From the NCBI GenBank assembly GCA_963796055.1, contig CAWCKH010000004.1, forward strand, positions 960,001 to 1,024,000: DNA of 64,000 nt, written 5' to 3'. The translations under genes and the position numbers were made by a program. The notes below the pieces were generated by a model that was not told the origin of the DNA, ran no database searches, and saw nothing but the letters and a program-made list of their open reading frames with translations. The number at the start of each line of letters is the position of its first letter. Within the stretch, counting starts at the first letter, position 1. Shown here piece after piece: positions 28,107 to 40,299 of the stretch. This DNA comes from an uncultured delta proteobacterium. Its GTDB lineage: Bacteria > Myxococcota > Myxococcia > Myxococcales > Myxococcaceae.

Positions 28107-28461
28107 GTAACGAGGTGTCTGGCACCTCGATGGGCGCCCCCCGGGCGTCACCAGGCGTCCGGTCACGAGGTGTCTGGGGCCGGCCGGGCCCAGGGCCGGG
28201 GCCCGTAACGAGGTGTCCGTAACGAGGTGTCTGGCACCTCGATCCGGCACCTCGATCCGCGCCTCGATCCAGAGGCAACGAGGTATCCGGCATCGCGGTC
28301 CCGCTGCGCGATGCCGGCCGGTCCCGGGATGCCACGTCCCGGGAGCGGGACAGCCGGAACGGAAGGGAGCGCGCTCCCGACTGGAGGGCCGGTTGCCCAG
28401 AGCGCTCGTGGGCGCCAGTGGATGGAGCCGTAACGAGGTGTCCGTAACGAGGTGTCTGGCA
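28107..28461 (+). repeat. Cluster of GTAAC-hairpin (REP-like) repeats
   Basis: GTAACGAGGTGT cores at 28107, 28205, 28219, 28430, 28444; variants at 28162, 28275; last copy split by IS. Confidence 0.92.
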
Positions 28462-29756
28462 CTGACGAATCCCCACTTCTCGTGAGGCAGAGCGCGAGGA
28501 AAGTCGGGAGCTTGAACGGCGCGTGGCCGCGACACGTCACGCTTGTTCTTGTGAGAAAACCAGGATCAGTAGACGCGGCCCGCGCCGCGCTTCTTGTCGC
28601 GCGTTTCACCAGCCCTCTGCAAGCAGTCCTCGACACCCGGCTCGTCAGCGCGCTGACGGTCGCAGTGACGGCGGCCTGCATGGGCGCCCAGCTGACGCTG
28701 ACGTCCCTGGGGCGATGGCTTCCCGGACCAGCGCTTCGCAAGCACTCAGTGAAGCGCATCGACCGGCTCCTCGGGAACAACAGGTTGCACCTGAAGCTGG
28801 CGGCGTGTTGGGCAGCGCTGGCCGCCCTTCCCGCGAAGGGCCGCATCGTCCTCCTCATCGACTGGACGGGCGCCAACGACGGCAAGCAGTGGTGGGTGCT
28901 CAGTGCGTCCCTCGCCGCCGCTGGCAGAGCCATCCCGCTCTACGACGCCGTCTTCGGCAAGGGAGAGTACGACTCGGTCCGAGCACGGGAGACCTTCCTG
29001 CGAGAGCTCGAGCGGATTCTGCCTCCGTGCAGGCGAGTCATCTTCGTGGCCGATGCTGGCTTTCGGGTGCCCTTTCTCAAGCAGCTGGCTTCCCGCGGCT
29101 GGGACTTCGTCGTCCGTCTACGTGGCCGCCCCTACGTCCTGCTCAAGCGCACCGGTGAGAGCTTCCGGCTGAAGGAACTCCGCCGTCGCGCAAGGCCAAC
29201 GGCAGCGTCGCTCGGCCCGGCACAGGTTTGTCGAGGTAGCAAAGCCTTCGTGTGCCGCCAACTCGTGCTCTTCCGGACGCGGCGGAAGCGACGCAAAGCG
29301 AAGGACCGACTGGGCCGTGTCCGGAAGTGGCGACGGAGCCGTCACTACGCCTCCTCGTGGCGGGAACCGTGGGTGCTGCTCACGTCCCTGCCGGACGGCG
29401 CCGAGAGGATTCGGCAGCTCTACTCGATGCGCATGGCCATCGAGGAGACCTTCCGAGACATCAAGAACCCACGCCTCGGCATGGGTTTCGCCGGCTCCGC
29501 CTCACGCTCGCTCCCTCGGGTACGCGTCCTGTGGCTCATCGGCGCCATCGCCGCGAAGGTCTGCAGGGCGATGGGCGAGCACGCCGAGAAGATAGGCCTC
29601 GTCCGCGGGCTTCAGGCCAACACCATCAAAGACCGACGGGTGCTCTCCGTCTTCCGTGCCGGGATGCTCGTCCTCAACATACTCCTCGCCCCCCTCCGGG
29701 ACGCTCTTGGCAGTCCACCACCCCTACTGCTCGCATGAGAAGTGGGGATCCGTCAG
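28462..29756 (+). mobile_element. IS4-family (IS10 group) insertion sequence, copy 1, 1295 bp
   Basis: TIRs CTGACG(A/G)ATCCCCACTTCTC; 9-bp TSD TGTCTGGCA at 28453-28461 and 29757-29765. Confidence 0.95.
28551..29738 (+). CDS. IS4-family DDE transposase
   Basis: LLIDWT, VADAGF, YSMRMAIEETFRDIK (Y-R-E-K signature); start uncertain. Confidence 0.93.
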   Translation: MRKPGSVDAARAALLVARFTSPLQAVLDTRLVSALTVAVTAACMGAQLTLTSLGRWLPGPALRKHSVKRIDRLLGNNRLHLKLAACWAALAALPAKGRIVLLIDWTGANDGKQWWVLSASLAAAGRAIPLYDAVFGKGEYDSVRARETFLRELERILPPCRRVIFVADAGFRVPFLKQLASRGWDFVVRLRGRPYVLLKRTGESFRLKELRRRARPTAASLGPAQVCRGSKAFVCRQLVLFRTRRKRRKAKDRLGRVRKWRRSRHYASSWREPWVLLTSLPDGAERIRQLYSMRMAIEETFRDIKNPRLGMGFAGSASRSLPRVRVLWLIGAIAAKVCRAMGEHAEKIGLVRGLQANTIKDRRVLSVFRAGMLVLNILLAPLRDALGSPPPLLLA

Positions 29757-29842
29757 TGTCTGGCACCTCGGGCGGCGGGTCGAGAGGCCGCTCGCGCTTC
29801 CGCCTCCGGCCACCTCACCTCGGCCCGGAACTCGGCCGTGTC

Positions 29843-29866
29843 CGTACAAGAATGCTATCCTGTACG
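29843..29866. promoter_or_regulatory. Inverted repeat, probable TA operator over an extended -10
   Basis: CGTACA-agaatgctatcc-TGTACG containing TGcTATCCT, 4 bp before the antitoxin ATG. Confidence 0.55.
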
Positions 29867-29870
29867 AACC

Positions 29871-30098
29871 ATGAGGAAGAAGCTCACGCGCACCGGGAAC
29901 AGCCTCGCCCTGATCCTCGACCGGGGCCTGCTCGAGGCCACCGGCATCCGCGCCACCACGCCGTTGGAGGTCTCGACCGACGGCGAGGTCATCGTCATCT
30001 CACCCGTCCGCTCGGCCAGGCGGAGCGAGACGTTGCGCAAGGTGGTGGAACGCGCCCATGCCAGGTACGGGGGAACCTTCCGCCGCCTCGCCGAGTGA
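29871..30098 (+). CDS. AbrB/MazE-type antitoxin
   Basis: KLTRTGNSLALIL..LEVSTDGEVIVISP; GTGA overlap with toxin. Confidence 0.88.
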   Translation: MRKKLTRTGNSLALILDRGLLEATGIRATTPLEVSTDGEVIVISPVRSARRSETLRKVVERAHARYGGTFRRLAE

Positions 30099-30493
30099 AG
30101 CGACTCAAGCCCGTCTTCCTCACTCTGGACGAGGTACTGGCGATCCACGCCGATCAGATTGCGCACTATGGCGGCCGGCCAGGCCTCCGTGACTCCGGGT
30201 TGCTCCAGTCGGCGCTCGCCATGCCGCGCACCACGTTCGGCCGCGTGTACCTCCACCCGAGCCTTCCCGAGATGGCGGCTGCCTACCTGTTCCACCTCGC
30301 CGGGAATCACCCGTTCGTCGACGGCAACAAGCGGGTCGGCCTCGCGGCGGCACTCGCCTTTCTCGGTCTCAACGGGCTGTGGCTGGAGGCGGACCCCGAC
30401 GAGCTCGCGGAGCTGGTGCTGCGCACCGCCCGAGGCGAGGCAAGCAAAGCGGAGGTGGGGGAGTTCATCCGGAAGCGGGTGGTCGCGGCGTGA
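30095..30493 (+). CDS. doc: Doc/Fic-family toxin
   Basis: GLRDSGLLQSA, NHPFVDGNKR. Confidence 0.9.
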   Translation: MKRLKPVFLTLDEVLAIHADQIAHYGGRPGLRDSGLLQSALAMPRTTFGRVYLHPSLPEMAAAYLFHLAGNHPFVDGNKRVGLAAALAFLGLNGLWLEADPDELAELVLRTARGEASKAEVGEFIRKRVVAA

Positions 30494-30571
30494 CGCCTGC
30501 CTGGACGGCGGCTGCCGCGGACATTCCCCGGATCGCGTCGCCCAGGCTTCCCGGCACGGGGTAAGGAGGGG

Positions 30572-30614
30572 GTAACGAGGTGTCTGGCACCGCTTCGAGC
30601 AGATCAGGCACCTC
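30572..30614 (+). repeat. GTAAC-hairpin repeat plus extra right half
   Basis: GTAACGAGGTGTCTGGCACC then GGCACCTCG. Confidence 0.88.
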
Positions 30615-30705
30615 GTCCGCCGACTCCCGACCGGGTGCGTCGAGGAGCGGTGTCGAGGAGCGGTTGACCGAGGAAGCTCAGGGTCTTAAAGGCTCCCGTC
30701 CCTCG

Positions 30706-34274
<3,569 letters not shown>

Positions 34275-34435
34275 CACGGACGCAGCCGGTGTGAAGGGTC
34301 GCATGCTGTCGCACCGATGCGCTCCTCCACGCGGGGGTCGAGGTCCACTCGGCTGTCCGCAGATGAATCGGCGCTTCTAGACTGTCGTCCTCAACTCGTC
34401 CCGATGAGCCGTCGGGCGACAAGGGGATTCCAACG

Positions 34436-35257
34436 ATGAAGCGTGTCCTTCTTCTTGCCGGCATCGCCGGCGCACTCGTCGGCTGCGGCAGCGGGTTGCC
34501 CACGCCCCCGGAGCTCAAGAGCTTCAACTACGGCGCGCCGACCGCCCCCACCCCCGAGCAGAGCAGCGCGGCCAGCATCGGCGAGAGCGGCGTGAGGAGC
34601 GCCGCGGGCGTCAATCAGACCTCGAACCCCCAGGCGGCCCCGGGACTGCCCGATCAGATGGCGGCGAACTTCCCGAGCCTTGGAAGCGCGCTTGCTCCGC
34701 CCTCGCTGGAGGCAGCGCTGTCCCGTCTCCCGGTGCCGACGGCGGCGAGCGCGGCGCAGGCCGTGCGGAGCGCGGGCCTGAGCGTGGGCAGCAACTGCAC
34801 CACCGTGACCGACACCAGCGTGACCTACAAGGACTGCTCGACCAGCTCCGAAGGATTCGCCCTGACGCTGAACGGGACCATCTCCGTCTCGCCAGGGTCG
34901 ATTCACTGGGACATCAGCGCCACCGCCTCCGGAAATACCCAGGGCATCTCGGTGGACGGCAAGTTCATCTGGACCGGGCAGCTGACCTGGACCAGCGCGA
35001 CCGTGCAGGGCCAGGGCCGAAGCGCGTACGGGGTGAGGGCCGACGCCAACGGCCAGCACGTCGAGCTCGCGGCGACTGCCGGGGTCGACGTGAACCTCCA
35101 GGTAGATGCGACCAACCACTGCATCAGCGGCGGAACGCTCGAGCTCCGCCGAGTGGCCGAGGGCCATGCGAGCAATGGACAGTCGATCTCGCAGGCGGTC
35201 GGCTGGAAGTTCACCTGGAACGGCTGCGGCAACGTGACCGTGGCCAACGGGACCTAG
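34436..35257 (+). CDS. Hypothetical lipoprotein
   Basis: LVGC lipobox, beta-rich body with paired Cys. Confidence 0.75.
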   Translation: MKRVLLLAGIAGALVGCGSGLPTPPELKSFNYGAPTAPTPEQSSAASIGESGVRSAAGVNQTSNPQAAPGLPDQMAANFPSLGSALAPPSLEAALSRLPVPTAASAAQAVRSAGLSVGSNCTTVTDTSVTYKDCSTSSEGFALTLNGTISVSPGSIHWDISATASGNTQGISVDGKFIWTGQLTWTSATVQGQGRSAYGVRADANGQHVELAATAGVDVNLQVDATNHCISGGTLELRRVAEGHASNGQSISQAVGWKFTWNGCGNVTVANGT

Positions 35258-35330
35258 AGTCACACCTCCGGTTCGTTTTTTCCGGCCCGCGGCCCCGACG
35301 AGAGGTGCCGCGGGTCGTTTCGTCTTCGCG

Positions 35331-35527
35331 GTCACGAGGCGTCCGGTACCGCGGTCGCGCCTGTAACGAGGTGCCGAGGTAACGAGGTGTCAGGTAACGA
35401 GGTGTCGGTAACGAGGTGTCTGGCACCGCCCCTCGGCACCGCGGCCCGGAGACGGAATCCTCAAGCACCGTCTCAGTTGACATGGACTGGTGTCCGGCCC
35501 GACGGACGTAACGAGGTGTCTGGCACC
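35331..35527 (+). repeat. Cluster of GTAAC-hairpin repeats with four tandem left halves
   Basis: Copies at 35331 (variant), 35363, 35379, 35394, 35408, 35508. Confidence 0.92.
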
Positions 35528-35747
35528 GCCTAGGAGCAGCGCCTGGGAGCAGCTCGCCTCGGCGCCGCGGGGTTCAGGGCGCGCGTGCGGCCCGCCCGGC
35601 TTCACGCCTGTCCTCTCGCCTGCCCGGAGCACGAACAACCGCCCACGAACTCCTAGCGCGGGCCCGGACCGGGCGTGCGCCTCGGCGGTCCCGCACCCAA
35701 GTTGTGGGACGTCAATCAATGTTTCCCATGAAAGCGGAGTAGCGAAC

Positions 35748-36596
35748 GTGAGGACTCGTGTCTTGGTAGTGACCGCGGCACTCGCCTTTGCCGGCGCGTG
35801 CGCGCACGGAAGCATGAAGAGCGACACGGTGAGCGACGAGGTGCTCGCCCGCGTGCCGCCTGACCAGATGGGCGGGGTCAACCAGGCGCGCCTGGACCAC
35901 TCCAAGGCCCAGGACACCCTGGCCCGGGAGAAGCTGGGTCAGGAGAAGGCCAAACGGTACATCGACGTCGCGAACAACGAGGTCTCGATCGCCAAGGCGC
36001 AGATCGAGCGCGACCACTCAGCGCAGCAGGCCGCGGATTACGCCCGGAACAATCAGGCCGCCACCCAGTCGCAGAGCGCGTCGGGCCTCGCGCGGCAGCG
36101 GGAACAGGTCGCGAACGCGCATTTGAACGCGGCGCAGGAGCTCTCCAAGTACAGCGACTCGCGGGTGAGCGCGGCGCAGAAGGCAGTGGACCTGGCCAAC
36201 GCGCGGCTGGAACTGGCGAAGTACAAGGCCGTCCAGGCATCGGGCGACAAGAGCGCGGCCAACATCGATGGCCCCGCGATCCAGAAGACGGTGGAGGACG
36301 CCCGCGTGGCCTTGGAGCAAGAGCGGGCCAAGGTCACTCAGACCAAGGCGAGCGCATCGGCCGCGCACAACAGCTGGGTGGCGCTCCGCGATCAGCTCCC
36401 GGCTGATCAGCGCTTCGGCGTCGGTGGCTCGGGCTCGGGCACCGCGGCGAACCTGAGCGGCCAGAGCGGAACCAACCAGACCGGCTCGGGTCGAGAGAAC
36501 TACAACATCGACACCAAGAACACCGATCCCCACAAGGGCCCGATGAGCAACAACCCGGCGGTCTACGACGACAAGGATCTCTTCAACCTGCTGTAG
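35748..36596 (+). CDS. Coiled-coil lipoprotein
   Basis: GTG start after GGAG; FAGAC lipobox; Ala/Gln/Lys-rich helical body. Confidence 0.72.
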   Translation: MRTRVLVVTAALAFAGACAHGSMKSDTVSDEVLARVPPDQMGGVNQARLDHSKAQDTLAREKLGQEKAKRYIDVANNEVSIAKAQIERDHSAQQAADYARNNQAATQSQSASGLARQREQVANAHLNAAQELSKYSDSRVSAAQKAVDLANARLELAKYKAVQASGDKSAANIDGPAIQKTVEDARVALEQERAKVTQTKASASAAHNSWVALRDQLPADQRFGVGGSGSGTAANLSGQSGTNQTGSGRENYNIDTKNTDPHKGPMSNNPAVYDDKDLFNLL

Positions 36597-37278
36597 CCGC
36601 CTTCAGCCAGCCGAACGCGTCGCGCACCGCAGCGGGTCCGCCATGCTCGAGGACCCGCCCGTGCGCGACGACGATTCGGTCGAAGTCGAGCGCCAGCAGC
36701 CGATCGAGGCTCCTCCGGGCCGCCGGGCGATCGCGATACGCCAGCCGCAGGAACCGGCTCCAGCCGACCCGGCCCTCGAGTCCCGCCACCTTGAGGTACA
36801 GGCGCGTGGGGAGGTGCGGACTCCCGTCGAAGTTCTCCACCAGGTCCGCGGTGATCAGCGTCCGGGTCGGACGATGGACGAACACCGTCTCGTCGAGCAT
36901 CGAGCCGTCGACGTGCAGGGGAACGAGTGCGCCACCCCAGTCCGGGTCGGGGGTTTCGGTGAGGTCGGCGTCGATTCGCACCTCGGGGCGCTTCCGCCGC
37001 ATCGCCGCGGGCGCGTGCACCCGGGCGTTCGGCCAGCGCTGGATGGCTTCGGTGACGTACACGTGGTGGTAGAGATTGGGCATCACGATGTGGGCCACCG
37101 GGCCGACCGCGTCGAGCTCGTCCTCCAGCAGATCGTCGACCGCCACCACCGAGTGGAGCCAGAGCGCACCGCTCGGTAGGCGAACCACCGTCATCCGCGT
37201 CCCGAGGTGAAGACCGAGGTAGCGGTGCGGAACGGGCGCGCTCCACAGCCCCTCGGCATGCTGGACGAGCTCGCTCAT
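36583..37278 (-). CDS. DUF4336-like metallo-beta-lactamase-fold protein
   Basis: TRMTVVRL..LWLHS, PNLYHH, ETVFVHRPTRTLITADL, FDRIVVAHG. Confidence 0.8.
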   Translation of the reverse strand: MSELVQHAEGLWSAPVPHRYLGLHLGTRMTVVRLPSGALWLHSVVAVDDLLEDELDAVGPVAHIVMPNLYHHVYVTEAIQRWPNARVHAPAAMRRKRPEVRIDADLTETPDPDWGGALVPLHVDGSMLDETVFVHRPTRTLITADLVENFDGSPHLPTRLYLKVAGLEGRVGWSRFLRLAYRDRPAARRSLDRLLALDFDRIVVAHGRVLEHGGPAAVRDAFGWLKAATAG

Positions 37279-38411
37279 CCGCAGAAGTGGCGGATCGCCG
37301 CCTCGAGGATCTCCTCGCAGCGGAGGAGCTCGGGGACGGGGACGAACTCTCCCGTCTGGTGCGCGACCTGGATGTTCCCCGGCCCGAAGACCACCGAGCG
37401 TGCCCCCAGGGCCGTCATCTGCGGCGCCTCGGTGCCGAAGCTGACGGTGGCCGAGGACTGACCGGTCTGGCGTTCGAGGAACGTCACCACCTCGGCGGAG
37501 GCGGGCGTCTCCACGCCGCGGTCGGTGCGGAGGATGCGCATCCGGACCTCGCATCCGGGCTCCTCGCGGCGGAGCTGGAACATGAGCTGCTCGATGGCGT
37601 AGGGCACCGCCTCCACCGGCTGGGCCGGGATCGGCCGCCACTCGAGGGTGAAGGTGCAGCTTCCGGGGATGACGTTCTTCGCCCGCCCGCCCTGGATGAG
37701 GCCCACGTTCAGGGTGGTGTAGGGCGGCTCGAAGGACGGGTCGGTCTCGCCGCGCAACGGGCCCTTCGCGTAGGACTCGATCCGGCTCAGCAGACGCGCG
37801 GCGCGGAAGATGGCCGAGGCCCCGGTGTCCGGGTAGGCGCTGTGGCCCTCCTTTCCCGAGACCTCGATCTCCGCCAGGCAGTAGCCCTTGTTGGCGCGGA
37901 TCGGACGGAGCGAGGTCGGCTCGCCCACGATGGCGTTGCGGGCCGCGCCGCGACGGGCCTCGAGCAGCATCTTGGCCCCCAGGCAGCCCACCTCCTCGTC
38001 GGCAGTGAAGACGAGGCCCAGCGGCTTCTTCAGCGCGCTGCGGGTTCGCTCGGCGGCGAGGAGGGCGCAGGCGATGAAGGCCTTGGTGTCACAGGCGCCG
38101 CGGCCGTAGAGGCGCTCACCGTCGCGGGTGAGCGTCAGCGCCTCGGCCCAGCCGGTGTCGTAGGGCACGCAGTCGGTGTGGCCCACCAGCGCGAGCTCGG
38201 GGACCTCCCCGGCGCCGTGGCTGAAGGCCAGGAGGTTCACCTTCTCCACGCCGGCATCGTCCGGGTAGTGCTGCCGCTCGCAGCGAAACCCCAGCGCGGT
38301 CAGGCGCGGCTCGAGCCAGTCGACGAGGGGCTGGTTCGGGAGGCGGCTCGTCGTGTCGAACCCCACCAGCGCCCGCAGTGTCTCCTCGAGCCGTTCCTCC
38401 ACCTCGCTCAC
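37275..38411 (-). CDS. argE: Acetylornithine deacetylase-like M20 peptidase
   Basis: GHTDCVP, GRGACDTK, DEEVGC, VGEPT, GHS, AHQTGE. Confidence 0.85.
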   Translation of the reverse strand: MSEVEERLEETLRALVGFDTTSRLPNQPLVDWLEPRLTALGFRCERQHYPDDAGVEKVNLLAFSHGAGEVPELALVGHTDCVPYDTGWAEALTLTRDGERLYGRGACDTKAFIACALLAAERTRSALKKPLGLVFTADEEVGCLGAKMLLEARRGAARNAIVGEPTSLRPIRANKGYCLAEIEVSGKEGHSAYPDTGASAIFRAARLLSRIESYAKGPLRGETDPSFEPPYTTLNVGLIQGGRAKNVIPGSCTFTLEWRPIPAQPVEAVPYAIEQLMFQLRREEPGCEVRMRILRTDRGVETPASAEVVTFLERQTGQSSATVSFGTEAPQMTALGARSVVFGPGNIQVAHQTGEFVPVPELLRCEEILEAAIRHFCG

Positions 38412-39781
38412 GCGAACGTCCTCCGGCACAGCGCTGTGAAGTCACGGGCCGTGGCCTCCTCCAGCGGGTGGCGGCGGTCCTGTACCACCCGCCGGCCCTG
38501 AACCCAGGTGTCGGTCACCGCCGCGGCCGGAGCCGAGAACACCACCGCGGCGAGCAGACCGTCCTCGGGCGCGCCCAGCAGGGCCGGATCCTCGAGGTCC
38601 ACCGCGCACAGGTCGGCCGGACGGCCTGGTGCGAGACGGCCCACGTCGAGGCCGAGGCTCCTCGCTCCACCGTGCGTGGCGACCTCGAGCAGCGTGCGGG
38701 CGAGCGCGTCCGGACCCTCGCCAGTCGGCGGAAGGACGAGGCGGCGGCGGCCCTGCAGGCGGAGGTGGCCCTCGAGCGCGCGGAGCTCGCCGAAGGGGTC
38801 GATCTCGCTCTGTCCGTCGGTCCCGATGCAGAGCGTGGCTCCGGCGGCGGCGAGCCCGTCGGCGGGGAGGATGCCGTCTCCGAGGTCGCGCTCGGTGAGG
38901 GGGCAGGCGCAGACGCTCGTCGGTGCGAGGAGCGGGATCTCGTGTGGAGCGAGGTGCACCGCGTGCACGGCGGTGAAGCGGGCGTCGAGGAGGCCGAGCT
39001 CGGAGAGGAGCTCGACGGGCCGGCGCCCGTGCTCGGCGAGGCACGACTCGACCTCCCGTTGCTGCTCGGCGACGTGCATGTGCACCGTCGTCGGGCGAGC
39101 GCGGGCGACGGCCTCGAGCCAGGAACGGGGGACCGCGCGCACGCTGTGGGGCGCGGCCCCGACGGTGACCAGGGGGTCGGGGCGCGTCCGTCGCTCGAGG
39201 GCGGCCACGGCCGAGAGGAAGCTGTCCGGGTCGGGGTCGTAGCAGCGGCGCTGCCGTGGCTCGGGCGGAGCGTTGAAGCCGGGCCGGGCGTAGCCCACGC
39301 GGAGGAGGTGGATGCGGAGGCCCGCATCCCGCGCGGCGGCGATGACCCGGAGCGAGAGCTCGAGCGGGTCCGCGTAGGGGCGGCCGTCGGGCGCGCGGTG
39401 GAGGTAGTGGAACTCGCCGACGGTGGTGATGCCGGCGCGCGCCATCTCCAGGAAGCACTGGCGGGATGCGATGGCCAGGCCGTCCGGGTCGAGCACGGCG
39501 GCGGCGCGGTACATCGTCTCCCGCCAGGTCCAGAAGTCGTCCTGGGCGTGGCCGGCGGACGGGGCCTGGGTGCGGCCGCGGAGGAGCCGCTGGAAGGCGT
39601 GGCTGTGGGCGTTCACCAGCCCGGGGAGCAGCAGCTTGCCGGGGAGGCGCTCGACCGTGGCCCCCGCGGGTGGCGTGCCGGCGGTCTCACAGGTGCCGTC
39701 GGCAGCGACGGCGAGCGCCGCGCCGTGCAGGAGGCGGCCCCCCCAGACGAGGGCCTCGGGCTGGAGCCAGCGGGAAACCAT
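38408..39781 (-). CDS. hutF: Formimidoylglutamate deiminase
   Basis: NAHSHAFQR, FWTWRETMY, VGEFHYLH, APHSVRA, HVAEQ..EV. Confidence 0.9.
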   Translation of the reverse strand: MVSRWLQPEALVWGGRLLHGAALAVAADGTCETAGTPPAGATVERLPGKLLLPGLVNAHSHAFQRLLRGRTQAPSAGHAQDDFWTWRETMYRAAAVLDPDGLAIASRQCFLEMARAGITTVGEFHYLHRAPDGRPYADPLELSLRVIAAARDAGLRIHLLRVGYARPGFNAPPEPRQRRCYDPDPDSFLSAVAALERRTRPDPLVTVGAAPHSVRAVPRSWLEAVARARPTTVHMHVAEQQREVESCLAEHGRRPVELLSELGLLDARFTAVHAVHLAPHEIPLLAPTSVCACPLTERDLGDGILPADGLAAAGATLCIGTDGQSEIDPFGELRALEGHLRLQGRRRLVLPPTGEGPDALARTLLEVATHGGARSLGLDVGRLAPGRPADLCAVDLEDPALLGAPEDGLLAAVVFSAPAAAVTDTWVQGRRVVQDRRHPLEEATARDFTALCRRTFA

Positions 39782-39918
39782 GGGCCGCGGGGCACCCTAG
39801 CAACGCGCTCGTGGCCGGAGCGAGGGGGCGGACGGGACGGGTCAACGCAGATGCGACGCGTGGACCGCGTGCACACCCTGGGATGCCCAACGACGAGGAA
39901 CTTCCTCGGGAGGTGTGC

Positions 39919-40245
39919 ATGGAAGCAGATCGCGTGGTCGAGGCGCAGGTCCGGCGGGTTCCCCCGTCGGTGCTGGTCGGACTGGCCCTGGGATCGATGG
40001 CGGTGTCGGCGGCATTCGCGCTGGCCGGCAAGCTGAAGGTCGCGAACTTCATCGGGCAGTGGGTGCCCTCCCTCCTGATCCTGGCGACGTTCGACCGGCT
40101 GGTGCAGAGCGGGGGAGGGTCCGGGGCGGAGGAGTCGGCGAGAGCGGCGCTGCCGAACGGCGTCGTCGGGTCGTCGGCCAGCGCGGGCGCCGGCTCGAGC
40201 GTGGGCGGCACGGCGGCGGGCTCGACGCGGACGCCGGGGCTGTAG
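39919..40245 (+). CDS. Small membrane protein
   Basis: GGAGG RBS; two hydrophobic helices, ANFIGQWVPSLLI. Confidence 0.7.
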   Translation: MEADRVVEAQVRRVPPSVLVGLALGSMAVSAAFALAGKLKVANFIGQWVPSLLILATFDRLVQSGGGSGAEESARAALPNGVVGSSASAGAGSSVGGTAAGSTRTPGL

Positions 40246-40267
40246 CGGAGTCGTTCGCGGGAGGCCC

Positions 40268-40299
40268 GTAACGAGGTGTCCGTAACGAGGTGTCTGGCA
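40268..40299 (+). repeat. GTAAC-hairpin repeat doublet interrupted by IS
   Basis: GTAACGAGGTGTCCGTAACGAGGTGTCTGGCA. Confidence 0.92.
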
